Assembly (NCBI GenBank): GCA_000004985.1
Contig: GG738845.1
DNA: 64,000 bases
Source of the DNA: Naegleria gruberi
Taxonomy: Eukaryota
Strand: one strand, 5' to 3'
Positions 32,337-42,472 of the stretch are shown here, one piece after another. The translations under genes and the position numbers were made by a program. Under the pieces are notes generated by a model. It did not search any database, was not told the origin of the DNA, and saw only the letters and a program-made list of their open reading frames with translations. Each line of letters starts with the position of its first letter. Within the stretch, counting starts at the first letter, position 1.

Positions 32337-32411
32337 TTTTTTACGATTGTTTTTTATAAAGTTGTACCTGTTTTTGGCGCCAAAAATATAAATGAAAAAT
32401 TTTAATGAAAA

Positions 32412-34069
32412 TTACCAACTATCCACATCGGATCCATCAGAGTCATCTTCTGATTGTGGACGTTTTGGTGGAGGGGGCATTTTAGGCAATTCGGTAGCAG
32501 CTGAAGAATCTGGTGCTGTCGAGTTTGGGGTAAGATTTGGAGTTGGGACTGGTGGAATAGGTTCTTCTGGTTTCTTTTCCTTCTTTTTCTTCTTTGGTTT
32601 TTTTTCATCCTTACTTCCCTCAATGGCATTTCTTCTTAACCCAATTTTTCTGAATAAATCTGTCATCATGTCACCACCTGAAGACTTTTGAGGAGCAGAA
32701 GCTTCTTTGGAGGATTCCTTATCACGAATTTTGTTGGCTTTTTTAAGTTTGTTCTTTGAGAAATTTCTAATAGAAGCCAAAAGATCGCTTCTATCACCTC
32801 CTCCACTTTCTGTATTCTCATTTTCATCTGTATCATTATCACCAGTACCTTCTGCACTTGGTGTTACGATCGGAATAGAAGGTGGTTGAGGTACGCCACT
32901 TGGAGGTGGTGGTACACTACTAGATGACATTACAGGAGGTGGTGGTACATTACCCATAGTGACAGGAGGTGGTGGTACAACGCCTGTAGAGGTAACAGGA
33001 GGTGGTGGTACATTTGTTGGTACAGATGGTATTGATGAAGATGTTGGATCAATTGAAGATGGAACTGCATTTGTGTTGAGAGATGTTGTACTATTGTTAT
33101 TTCCTAAATCTAATGAAGGTAGAGAAGAAGGAGCAATGGATGGCATATTATCTAAAGATAAATCCCACTGGGCTGTATCCACAATATTTGGTAATCCTAA
33201 ATTGGAAGGAAATTCAAACATTGGCAATTCTCTTCTTGTAGGTGCAAATGCCTTAATGTTTTGTTCCTGACTTGCCGAACTTCCCCAATACATATCATAG
33301 ATAGAATCTTTGGACAGAGAAGGAGGAGCTGGATCAATATATAAATTGTTAGCGGAGGCAAAGTCATGATTCTTATCGTTTTTGTTTGATGTTCCTTCCA
33401 TGGCCATCATCATCATTGTGGTATGATAATTTGCCTGAAGAGGATCGGCACCATGATACTTGTGATAAACATTCATATTGGTATTAAAACAAAGTAATTC
33501 ACTAACAGATTGTACATTCTTGAATGGTAGTTTACCTACTCCTTCATCTAATTTCTTTGGAATTTTGTTGTGTGATTGTTTGTTTTGCCTTGTAGGAGAC
33601 TTTTCGAAATGTTCAATAGGATTATATAATTTATGCTAAATTATTTTGTGATGATCAATTTTAAATTTCCAGATTAAAAACTTACATTGAAAAGAATATT
33701 GTTCGGACCAGGATTAAACTTGTGAAACTCCATTTGTTGAATCCCAATTCTGTCACGAGCTGCAAAGGTTGGTGAATATTCTACATTACTGATATCCTTG
33801 TCTGGGTAGTGTGGGCTACTGAGAACTCTGGTTGCTTCATTCTTCCTCTCTTTTTGTACCCATTCTACTGCTTTTTTGCAAACAGCAGCACGTTGTTGCA
33901 CTTTTTGAAGAGTATTTCTTTGCTCGGTGACTTTGTCAGTTATTTTCTGGAATACAGATACACTAATTCTTTCTAGGTGTTCCAAGGAATCCAACATTTG
34001 TTGGATATTTTCAATCCTGTTTTGTTGGTAAACAACAGGAAATTCATAAATATGAGGTATTGCTGACAT
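32412..34069 (-). CDS. SCAR: SCAR/WAVE actin nucleation-promoting factor (2 exons)
   Basis: Exons 34069..33686 and 33518..32412; 167-nt intron. Exon 1 is the SCAR homology domain (IENIQQMLDSLEHLERISVSVFQKITDKVTEQRNTLQKVQQRAAV, compare WAVE [32 protein letters not shown]). Exon 2 has poly-Pro repeats (VPPPPVTSTGVVPPPPVTMGNVPPPPV), a WH2 motif DRSDLLASIRNFSKNKLKK (WAVE ARSDLLSAIRQGFQLRRV), a C-region TDLFRKIGLRRNAIE, and an acidic tail ending DDSDGSDVDSW. Confidence 0.75.
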
Positions 34070-34130
34070 TTTTTTTAATAGATTTTTTTAATGTCTCCGA
34101 GAACGGTGTTGGATTCTCCTTGAAAAATAT

Positions 34131-36740
34131 TTAGGACAAGGTGAAATTACCTGTAGTACAGACAAGCCCTATATCCACTTTTTGATCTTTCTTGACTTTC
34201 CTCAGTCCAGTATCTAGTGGAGGTTTTAATTTTGGTTTTTTCTTATAGCTGGCATTCTCCTCCTTGTGATGTGATTCTTCTGCCGAATTGTTGGGCAGAT
34301 TTGTGGAAATGGAAAGCATCTCACTCATGGAAGCTGGTTGTTTTGTCAGATTAAGATTTTTTACAGCATCGAAAGGATTAACAGTACTAAAATCATACGT
34401 ATCTCTGGGTGCTTCATCTATTTCACTCATAGCACTTCTGTTCAATCCAGAACTTGAGGTATTCTCTTCCAGAACCATTTTTTGGAATTCTGTTACTAGA
34501 CTGTTTCCCTTACTCTTATTTTTCCTTGTTTGATCATGTTGTGAATAATTCTCAGAATTTTCCTTTACATTTGGAGAATATGGGTTAAATAATTTCAGCT
34601 TTGTTTCTGAAAAAGTGGTTGCTAGTGCATATAAACTTTTCTTTGGTTTTGGAATTTTCTTTTTCTGTTTGGACAGTTCCTTTTCAATCATTACATCTTG
34701 AAGATTCCACTTTTTAGTTTGGAGGGTTGGTTCTGATTGCTTCTTGGATGGAGCTGATTGTGGTCTTGAAATTTTTGCTTGTTGCAAAGTTTCTGATATT
34801 TCTGAATTGGAAACAATTGATTGTCTTCTCTCACAATGTTGAGAATTACTGTCATTTTTGTTGTTTGATTTTTGATTACCAAATTTCACTTTTCTGCTTA
34901 CATCATTAGAAAACAGAGTACTATTAAGATGCTCAATTATGTTTAGTTGTTTCAAAATATCTTCCTTATTCTTTTCATGATATTCTAATAAATTAGAGGA
35001 AGTTCTTGTGGTATCAACTAAATTAGGACTAGCCGATCGCAGGGTTGAGTTACTGGGAGTAAGAGAGTTCTTATTTTTTGGTGGAATTTGTGCAGCTTCT
35101 ATCTCAGGTGCTATTCTTGCTGGATGAACGGTGTTCAATACTGCTTGGAGTTGGAATCTTGTCAATCTCTTTCTATGTTCATAAATTCCCTTTAAATTTG
35201 CTTCTTTTTTTCGTGCTTTTTCTTGAGCAATCATAACCTTGTACTTTTTTTTAAGTGTCCACTTTATCTTCACTTTATCCTTATTATTAATTTCAGAAAG
35301 TAGATTGAACATTTGGCATAATATTGAATTTTCGTTAAATAAATCTGGAGATATTCCTTTTTGTTTTGTTAGTTCTCGTTTTGTTGAGCTTCTTCTGTAT
35401 TCTATTGTTGGAGGAATTAACTTTGAAGAGCTTGAAGTCGATGCCACCAACAAGTTATTCGAACTTACACTTCCCAGTATTTTTTCAACCCTTAGCTGAG
35501 AACCACACCTTTGTAATGAGCTCTTCATTGATTCAATTCTTTTTTTAAGGTTTGCTGTGCCTAGCTTTAGTTTATCCCATGTGGTCAAACTTGAAGTTTG
35601 ACTAGAAATTAATTTTTCGCTATCAACTCTTTTAGGAGGCATTTCAGGAAAAGAGTCAATATTCTTCTTATTTGAATTGTAAGTTTTCATACCTTCATAT
35701 TTCACCTTCTTTCTGTCTCTGACATACTCCACATTGTTTGAATTATCAATAAAAATTTTAAGAGTTGATTTCTTCCTTGTCTGATTTTCTATCAATTGCT
35801 CAACCTGCTTTTCTAATGAGTTATTGTTAAAAAACGGCTGCGTTGAGCCTGGTCTAGGATTTTCAGGTTTTCTTTGGGTTGAATAGAGAGTATCCATAGC
35901 TTTCTCCAAATTTTTAATAACATTATTCGATTTAGGTTCTGGAGTATTTGTAATTGGCCTTGAAAGAGGAGCTGATCCTGATCTCTTTGATGTTAAAGTC
36001 CTACTGAAATGAATTCTTTGGTTGATGGCTTTTTGAAGATTGGATTGATTATTTTTGGTTGCTGGATTTGGTTGTTTCAAGGTTCTAAGGGAAGGAGTTG
36101 GTCTTTTTGTTTTGTTATTTACATTATCATAATTTACAGTATTTGAGTTATTTTCAAAAATTGGAATTTTGAATTCGTCTTTGAGCAGGTCTTTGATTAG
36201 TTTGTCTTGTATTTCTTCTAAATGACTACAAGGTAAGGCTTGAGATTGGTCCACAGTACTAAAAGGTTGTGAGTTAGATTCTTTCCCAATTATAGGAGTT
36301 TCAACTTGGTGTAAGCAAATTGGACTTTCCGGCTCTATTACCACTCGGTACGATAGTCTTGAATCGGATGGTTGGTTTACTCTAGGTGATGGGTTTATGG
36401 ATGATGCACCTGAGGAAAGATCATCAAATAAACTGTTTTCAATATCATCAAATTCCATATTTCCATATCGTTGATTTACTCCTCTATGTACAAATAATTT
36501 GTTATGGTTATGATGATGTGGCTGATGAAATAATTTAATGTTATCTATAATAATAAACTCGGAGGAACAACCTGTTGAAGGTTGGTTAATTATGGGAATT
36601 GGTGATTGTGGAGGTATCCCAATCACAATACTATCAAAATCTCCAGTTGGATAAGGACAATCACTAAAACCCCCTCCTTCTCTGAATGCATTTATGGAGG
36701 GGTTTAATGACATCTTTTTTTTAATGTTTTTTACAAACAC
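34131..36740 (-). CDS. Hypothetical low-complexity (S/N/K/P-rich) protein, 869 aa
   Basis: Long single ORF; ATG at 36740 (a second Met 9 codons in). Polar low-complexity composition. Basic stretch KVKIKWTLKKKYKVMIAQEKARKKEANLKGIYEHRKRL. No domain recognised. Confidence 0.4.
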   Translation of the reverse strand: MFVKNIKKKMSLNPSINAFREGGGFSDCPYPTGDFDSIVIGIPPQSPIPIINQPSTGCSSEFIIIDNIKLFHQPHHHNHNKLFVHRGVNQRYGNMEFDDIENSLFDDLSSGASSINPSPRVNQPSDSRLSYRVVIEPESPICLHQVETPIIGKESNSQPFSTVDQSQALPCSHLEEIQDKLIKDLLKDEFKIPIFENNSNTVNYDNVNNKTKRPTPSLRTLKQPNPATKNNQSNLQKAINQRIHFSRTLTSKRSGSAPLSRPITNTPEPKSNNVIKNLEKAMDTLYSTQRKPENPRPGSTQPFFNNNSLEKQVEQLIENQTRKKSTLKIFIDNSNNVEYVRDRKKVKYEGMKTYNSNKKNIDSFPEMPPKRVDSEKLISSQTSSLTTWDKLKLGTANLKKRIESMKSSLQRCGSQLRVEKILGSVSSNNLLVASTSSSSKLIPPTIEYRRSSTKRELTKQKGISPDLFNENSILCQMFNLLSEINNKDKVKIKWTLKKKYKVMIAQEKARKKEANLKGIYEHRKRLTRFQLQAVLNTVHPARIAPEIEAAQIPPKNKNSLTPSNSTLRSASPNLVDTTRTSSNLLEYHEKNKEDILKQLNIIEHLNSTLFSNDVSRKVKFGNQKSNNKNDSNSQHCERRQSIVSNSEISETLQQAKISRPQSAPSKKQSEPTLQTKKWNLQDVMIEKELSKQKKKIPKPKKSLYALATTFSETKLKLFNPYSPNVKENSENYSQHDQTRKNKSKGNSLVTEFQKMVLEENTSSSGLNRSAMSEIDEAPRDTYDFSTVNPFDAVKNLNLTKQPASMSEMLSISTNLPNNSAEESHHKEENASYKKKPKLKPPLDTGLRKVKKDQKVDIGLVCTTGNFTLS

Positions 36741-36778
36741 AAAAACAGTTTTAATTTTGGCGCCAAAATTTAATTACA

Positions 36779-38812
36779 TCAATTTTTCTGTGCTTCAAAA
36801 ACAAGAGACAATAATACCTTTACCCATTCATCTCTCTTTTCAATTTCATGTTCAATAATTTCAAAGTTTAAAATTACAGTAGGGGAAATAATAGAGAAGG
36901 TAAGTTGCTCTCTCTTGATTTCTCCATATTCTATTAAGGTTTTTGTTTGGAATCCTGGAAGAATATCTACTATATCTTTTAGGTTCAAAACAATCTCTTC
37001 ACCATTCATCATGTTTAGTACAAGCACCTTCCTGTCTGACTTTAGAGATATATTGGATCTTCTTAGAGGATTTGCCATCTCTCCTGTTTCTTCAATTAGA
37101 ACGAACAACTTTTCAGCGTCTAACTTGTCAAGATATGGAATTCTATTATCTTGTTTTCTTTTAAGATTATGATGGAATGGTGAAGACAAAACAGTTTGAT
37201 AACCAACTCGTAAGATTTCATGATTTGATTGTATCTCTTCAAATTTCTTCAAATTTGGAATAACTGAATCAGAGTATGATGATATAATTTTCTTTTTTGT
37301 TTCTAACCATTTGTATTCCAAGTCCTTTTCTTTGAGATCGTTTTTGAGTTTTAATAACTCGTTAACATTGATAACTTTAGGAGGTTCTGGTACATCAGAA
37401 AGTAAATTTTCAAACCTAGATTTGACTAAGTATTCATCATTAAGAGGCCTTTTTGGTTTTGAACTTTCCAAACTTTGTACTTCATATGGATAATCATCAT
37501 ATGGATTGCTATCTATCATTTCAATTATATCTGAAACATCTTCTCCAATGAGAGAGGATACTTTGTGAATGGCTTTCTTTAAAATTTCCTCCTTTGTCTT
37601 GTTGAGCTTTAAGATTCTCATCATTTCTACATATTCATACAATTTTTCATCTTGGCTTTGCTTCTTTTGTTCTGAAAGGAATTGGTTGATTACCTTTTCA
37701 CTAATACATTGATCTTTAAGTGATTCTGATCCAATAATATTATTAAATGATGGAGTGAAACCTTTAGCCATTTCAATAAATTGGTTAGTCATGTCAATTT
37801 CAGCTTTAACTTTTCTCAGCATGAAATGTTCAGCAGTTCCATAACGATTTTGCTTTTTCTTTTGAAGTTGTTTCTTCTTCTCTTCGTCTGATACTGATTT
37901 TCTCTTTGCAGAATTATTGTTAAATTCTTCTAAATCTTGCTCGTGCTCTTTTAAAATTTTTTGCTCATGCTGGGAAAGGAGCTTTTCAGCTTGTTTAAGG
38001 AAATAATCTTCTGCCAACTTTTGAGCTTCTAACATGGCTTCCAGTTTGTAAATATCCTCAACCAAGGAGTCATGCTCCCTATATTTTTCATCCAAAGAAG
38101 GTCCACCTATTTCAGAATCTCTAGATTTTCTTAATTGTTCAAAACTTTCTCTAGACTCATTGTATTTTTGTTTTGTTTCTTGCAACTTTACATCTACAGA
38201 TTGAATTTTTTTTTCCAGTTCTTCCTCTTCCTTTCTGTATTGGTCTTTTACTTTAGCTAACTCGGCTTCCCATTTTTCAACTTCTTTTTTAAGCTCGGCT
38301 TCTTTTTCCAAGTATTCTTTTTCTGTTGTGACTAACTGCTTCGTTTTTTGATTGAATTCTTTCTTTTTCTCTCTCTGAGTTTCAAGTGCTTGTTCTTTTC
38401 TTTTTCTAAGGGTATCAATTTCAGTGTGAAGATTTTCAATTTTAACTAGCATGTCCCTCTTCTTTTGTTGAAGATTATCAAACTCTTGTTGTGCTTGCGC
38501 AAGTTCTTTACAGCTATTTTTATATTGATCCTTAATTTCAGTAGAATTTTTAGACAATTCCTTCTCTTTTCTTTTCCTATCGGCAATATTTTCCTTTGCA
38601 ATCTCAATCTCGGCTGTTAATTCTTTTTCAATTTTATCATTTTCGTTGAGCTCTTTCTGTAGTAAGGACTGATGTTTTTTCATCTCATAAATCTCCTTTT
38701 CTTGAAGATCAAATTCATTCTTAACTTGTATCTTCTTCATTTCTAGCTCCTTTTTCAACTCTTCCAGCGTGGTAGCTTGGGAGCCAAAAGATTGAAGCAT
38801 ATCTACAGACAT
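36779..38812 (-). CDS. Coiled-coil protein with C-terminal PH-like domain
   Basis: 677-aa ORF. About 400 aa of E/K-rich heptad repeats. C-terminal ~110 aa (..RKVLVLNMMNGEEIVLNLKDIVDILPGFQ...EWVKVLLSLV) has the beta-rich pattern and terminal W-x-x-x-L helix typical of PH domains. Confidence 0.45.
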   Translation of the reverse strand: MSVDMLQSFGSQATTLEELKKELEMKKIQVKNEFDLQEKEIYEMKKHQSLLQKELNENDKIEKELTAEIEIAKENIADRKRKEKELSKNSTEIKDQYKNSCKELAQAQQEFDNLQQKKRDMLVKIENLHTEIDTLRKRKEQALETQREKKKEFNQKTKQLVTTEKEYLEKEAELKKEVEKWEAELAKVKDQYRKEEEELEKKIQSVDVKLQETKQKYNESRESFEQLRKSRDSEIGGPSLDEKYREHDSLVEDIYKLEAMLEAQKLAEDYFLKQAEKLLSQHEQKILKEHEQDLEEFNNNSAKRKSVSDEEKKKQLQKKKQNRYGTAEHFMLRKVKAEIDMTNQFIEMAKGFTPSFNNIIGSESLKDQCISEKVINQFLSEQKKQSQDEKLYEYVEMMRILKLNKTKEEILKKAIHKVSSLIGEDVSDIIEMIDSNPYDDYPYEVQSLESSKPKRPLNDEYLVKSRFENLLSDVPEPPKVINVNELLKLKNDLKEKDLEYKWLETKKKIISSYSDSVIPNLKKFEEIQSNHEILRVGYQTVLSSPFHHNLKRKQDNRIPYLDKLDAEKLFVLIEETGEMANPLRRSNISLKSDRKVLVLNMMNGEEIVLNLKDIVDILPGFQTKTLIEYGEIKREQLTFSIISPTVILNFEIIEHEIEKRDEWVKVLLSLVFEAQKN

Positions 38813-38946
38813 TTTTTTTTACTGAGTAAATAAATGATCATCACAGTATGTTCAATATTACTTTTGTTTTAATACTTGCGAAATAGTAGTAATAAGTAAT
38901 TGCTATTAATTTACCTTAGGTTTGCTTTTTTAAATACGTATCATAA

Positions 38947-40593
38947 ATGGCTAAAACATTAAACTCTAAAAAAATGTCTTTACTTCGGCTCAACACCTCT
39001 CTCTATGGTAGCCGCAACTTCCGATACTTCATCGTGATGTTGTCACCATTACAAACGGTACAAACTATATCTAGGAGCTATTCAACAACACCAAACATTG
39101 ATAGACGGGCACATGCTGTTGAAAGTGTTCAAAATACATACATCAAACAACAACAACTTCTTGAAACATACAGAATAAGATTTAAAAAAATATATCCAAC
39201 AAATTACGATGATATGCTGGCCAAATTTGAAGTATTTTTTGGGGAGTGCAAAGATGTAGGAGATTATGAGAAGGAATTAGAAAGAATTTTAATAGAATTA
39301 TTTATTTTAAAAGATAAAAAGAAATATTTGCAAATGAAGGCTCTATTCCACAATGAATTTATTCCTATTTTTACAAAAAACAAGAAAGAAATTATACAAA
39401 AAATCAACTATGAATTGCAAAACAGAATACACAATATGAATATTATCCCAAGATTACATTACGTAATTATTAATGAATATTTGAATGCCATTTTAAAACT
39501 TGGATTACACACTAAAGCCATTAATACACTTAGAATCCTTGACGATGGAAAATATTTCCCTACACATATGCACGTGTCCACTGTAATTAGGTCAATAACA
39601 AAGGATCCAACTAGAACTTTAGAAGCTGCAGAACTCTTGGAACATTTCAAGTATACATATAGAACAGACAGATACTCCACTTTTGCCAACCAATACTCAG
39701 AGTCTTGTCTATGCGTTTTACATGGATTTGATCTAGCTGGTTCATATAATGAGGCAATTGATTTTGTGTTGAGAAATGATATTTTAAAGTTTGTAGAACA
39801 GACGAGATGTGGAAAACTATTGGCCAAAATATTGTCTATTCTATTGAGACAAAAAAATTTTACATTATTCAATCAACTCAAGTCTAAATACCTCGAAAAC
39901 ATTTTCTCTTCAGATTATCCCTTCATTAAGTCAAAAGATAGATTATTGTATGTCTTGATTAACTATCATTCTTTGCTTGGAGAAGTAGACCAAACAACTC
40001 AGTTACTGTCAAAGGTAGAAATGCGAGATTCAAAGCTATATCTTTCAGTAGTTAAACAACTTTACACTAAGAAGTCAGCAGAGTTTCTAGAAAAATTCAT
40101 ATTTGAAGCTATACCACCTATTTACAGAAATAATTACCATTTGGGCTATCTTATTAGAAAATTAGTAGATGAGAAACAATATGAAAAGGCAAAGCAAATT
40201 TTTATATCAATACCCCATAATGAAAGAACATATATTTTATGTGATCAATACCTAAGAGGACTTTATATGGAAAAGAATCCAAAACAAAATATCATCGAGG
40301 CTCTCACCATTTACGAAGAGTTGGTAAAAACCAAGCAAGAAACTGAAAGCCTTATCTATACAAATGTTTGTGCTTACTATGTAATGCAAATACTCTATGA
40401 TGGAGGATTTAATGTTCAATTAGAATCTTTTTTCAACAACCTTGGTACTGTCACAATACCTCAATTAATGTTGATGGCAAAGTACTATTTGGAAGTAAAT
40501 AATATTGAGAAAGTTGAAATGTGCAGAGAAGAAATTAAAAAGGTAAGGCCTCTAGCCCAAAACTTTAGAGAGTACATGACAATAAGCAATTAG
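38947..40593 (+). CDS. Mitochondrial helical-repeat (PPR-like) protein
   Basis: 548-aa ORF. Presequence-like MAKTLNSKKMSLLRLNTSLYGSRNFRYFIVM..SRSYSTT. About 35-aa alpha-helical repeats throughout (e.g. YNEAIDFVLRNDILKFVEQTRCGKLLAKILSILL). Assignment by composition and architecture only. Confidence 0.4.
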   Translation: MAKTLNSKKMSLLRLNTSLYGSRNFRYFIVMLSPLQTVQTISRSYSTTPNIDRRAHAVESVQNTYIKQQQLLETYRIRFKKIYPTNYDDMLAKFEVFFGECKDVGDYEKELERILIELFILKDKKKYLQMKALFHNEFIPIFTKNKKEIIQKINYELQNRIHNMNIIPRLHYVIINEYLNAILKLGLHTKAINTLRILDDGKYFPTHMHVSTVIRSITKDPTRTLEAAELLEHFKYTYRTDRYSTFANQYSESCLCVLHGFDLAGSYNEAIDFVLRNDILKFVEQTRCGKLLAKILSILLRQKNFTLFNQLKSKYLENIFSSDYPFIKSKDRLLYVLINYHSLLGEVDQTTQLLSKVEMRDSKLYLSVVKQLYTKKSAEFLEKFIFEAIPPIYRNNYHLGYLIRKLVDEKQYEKAKQIFISIPHNERTYILCDQYLRGLYMEKNPKQNIIEALTIYEELVKTKQETESLIYTNVCAYYVMQILYDGGFNVQLESFFNNLGTVTIPQLMLMAKYYLEVNNIEKVEMCREEIKKVRPLAQNFREYMTISN

Positions 40594-40771
40594 ATTTATT
40601 ATTTGGAATTTTTAATCATAAACGGTGTCATTTCTGGCAAAATACAAGCTATTTAATTGCTATTTTTCTTCTCTGATTGACCACCTATTTAAAAGAAAAC
40701 AGTTCATGTGAATAATTATGACTGGCTTAAAAATCAATTTGAATGATTTCAATATAATTTTATACATATGA

Positions 40772-42130
40772 TTACAAATATTGGTGAGGAAAAGCAGATT
40801 TTGAGGCACTTTCAATCTCTGCTCTCAATTCCTCAGGTAAAATAGCAAGATCTTTCTTTGACAATACACCTTTTGGTAAATATTTGAGAATTTTCGCAGC
40901 ATGTTCTTTGATAAGTTTTGCCTTTTCTTGTTCCACCATTCGTTGTTTTTCTTCTGCTCTTTGTATTTCCTTATTCTGTTCAAGAATTAACTGTTGTCTC
41001 TCCATCTCCTTCATTTGAGTTCTTTGGTTCAAGTAATCTTCAACATCCCTTCTAAACTCGGCCATTTTCATTCTCTTCTTTTGGGCACTCATCTGAGCAA
41101 CTTTTTCGTCTTCCTCGAATTTCTGAATAAGTAATTGTCTAAATGCCTCTTCATGCAGTTTTTCTTCTTGAATTCTGTTTTGTTTTAACATTAATTGTTC
41201 ATGATTTACCCTTAACATATCTGATTTTTGTTGTTGCTTTCTCTCTGATTCCTCAATCTCTTTAAGCCTTTCTCTCTCTTTCTTTTCTTCAGCATAAAGT
41301 TCATTAAGAAGCTCTTCAGTTTCTTCCATGAGTCTTCTTTGATTTTCAAGTTCCTTTGATTGTATTTCCAAAAGTTTGTCTCTTCTCTCTTGAACTGTTG
41401 CTTTTTTGAGTTTTTCTTCCTCTTCTCGCATTTGCAGGTATTTTTGGTATTGTATAATGCTTTGTTCTTCGAGGTCTTTCTGCCTTTTTTCTCTATCCTT
41501 TGATGACTGTCTTGCTTCCTTAAACTCGTCAATAAATGTTTGAACCATCTTCTTCTTTTCAAAACGTTCTTTCATTTCTCGGTCCTCTTCTTCCATAACT
41601 CTCTTTGTAATAGCATCAATCATTTCCTTATCTCTTAAATACTCGAGATAGGCCATTTCTTTTTCTCTTTCCTTTTCTTCCATTTGCTCTTGCAACTTTT
41701 GTTTGGCCAAAAGGTTTTGGGCTTTCCTTTGCTCCTCAATGTCATTAAGTTGTTGGATAATCTTTTGTCTTTCTCTTTCCATATCGGACTCTTGCTGCTT
41801 TTCAAATTCCCTGTGCTTTTGAGCAATATCTTCTTTATGTTTGAGTTGTCGGTCTCTCTCAACATTGACGTATGCTGTTCTAAGTTTCATCTCTAAAATT
41901 CTAATCTCTTCACTCTCCAATCTAACTTGTTGGATAGCTTTTTCGCTTCTTAATTGTTCATTCTTTTTTCTTTGAATGTTTTGATTGATGAGCTCATCCT
42001 GTTTTTTTAATTTTTCTCTTAACATCCTTTCTTTCAACTCCATCTCCTTCATCTTTTCTTCTTGCGCAGCCTTTTGGGTGGCGAGGAGCTTGTTTCTCTG
42101 TCTGACTCTTTGTAGTTGTTCGTCGTTCAT
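40772..42130 (-). CDS. MNS1: Meiosis-specific nuclear structural protein 1 (MNS1) homolog; axonemal TPH-domain coiled-coil protein
   Basis: 452-aa ORF. ER/K-rich coiled coil with KLRTAYVNVERDRQL (mouse KLKAAYMNKERAAQI). Diagnostic C-terminus KAKLIKEHAAKILKYLPKGVLSKKDLAILPEELRAEI (mouse LRLLKEHAAKLLGYLPKGVFKREDDVDMLGEEFRKAY). Confidence 0.75.
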   Translation of the reverse strand: MNDEQLQRVRQRNKLLATQKAAQEEKMKEMELKERMLREKLKKQDELINQNIQRKKNEQLRSEKAIQQVRLESEEIRILEMKLRTAYVNVERDRQLKHKEDIAQKHREFEKQQESDMERERQKIIQQLNDIEEQRKAQNLLAKQKLQEQMEEKEREKEMAYLEYLRDKEMIDAITKRVMEEEDREMKERFEKKKMVQTFIDEFKEARQSSKDREKRQKDLEEQSIIQYQKYLQMREEEEKLKKATVQERRDKLLEIQSKELENQRRLMEETEELLNELYAEEKKERERLKEIEESERKQQQKSDMLRVNHEQLMLKQNRIQEEKLHEEAFRQLLIQKFEEDEKVAQMSAQKKRMKMAEFRRDVEDYLNQRTQMKEMERQQLILEQNKEIQRAEEKQRMVEQEKAKLIKEHAAKILKYLPKGVLSKKDLAILPEELRAEIESASKSAFPHQYL

Positions 42131-42472
42131 TTTTTTTGTATGTTTTTATGATGTTGTTCAATCCTATGGCGGGAAATGTGTAGATGTTGGCGGGAAAATT
42201 ATGAGTGATATGTTTCTTTGTCTTAGTAATTTGTTCCTGTACACAAAGAGCATCCAAGAATACATTCCTCCCCGTTATCAGCATGATTTCCACCTGTTGG
42301 GCATTTACCAACACCAAGACATTTTGGAAGTTGATTTTTTGGGGTTTTTGTTAGAGCCTGAGTTTCTACTTGTTTTCTGTGGCATTTGTCACAAAAATGG
42401 GTTGTTCCCCAACAAAACCAAGTGGCCATATTACTGTTCTCAATGTTATTGATAGCATCTTTGATTTTAAAC

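Noticed and set aside
32392-33270. Gly-rich plus-strand ORFs (32392..32691, 32707..32889, 32959..33270) and minus ORFs 32402..32629 and 32666..32857
   Set aside because: Antisense or off-frame translations of the poly-proline (ccacc/ggtgg) repeats of the SCAR/WAVE gene. Low complexity, no start context, fully embedded in a conserved gene.
41212-42452. K/R-rich and Cys-rich small ORFs (41212..41562 -, 41635..41865 -, 41684..41896 +, 41985..42452 +, 41994..42317 -) inside or antisense to MNS1
   Set aside because: Artefacts of the gaa/aag-rich coiled-coil coding sequence read in other frames. MNS1 homology explains the region.
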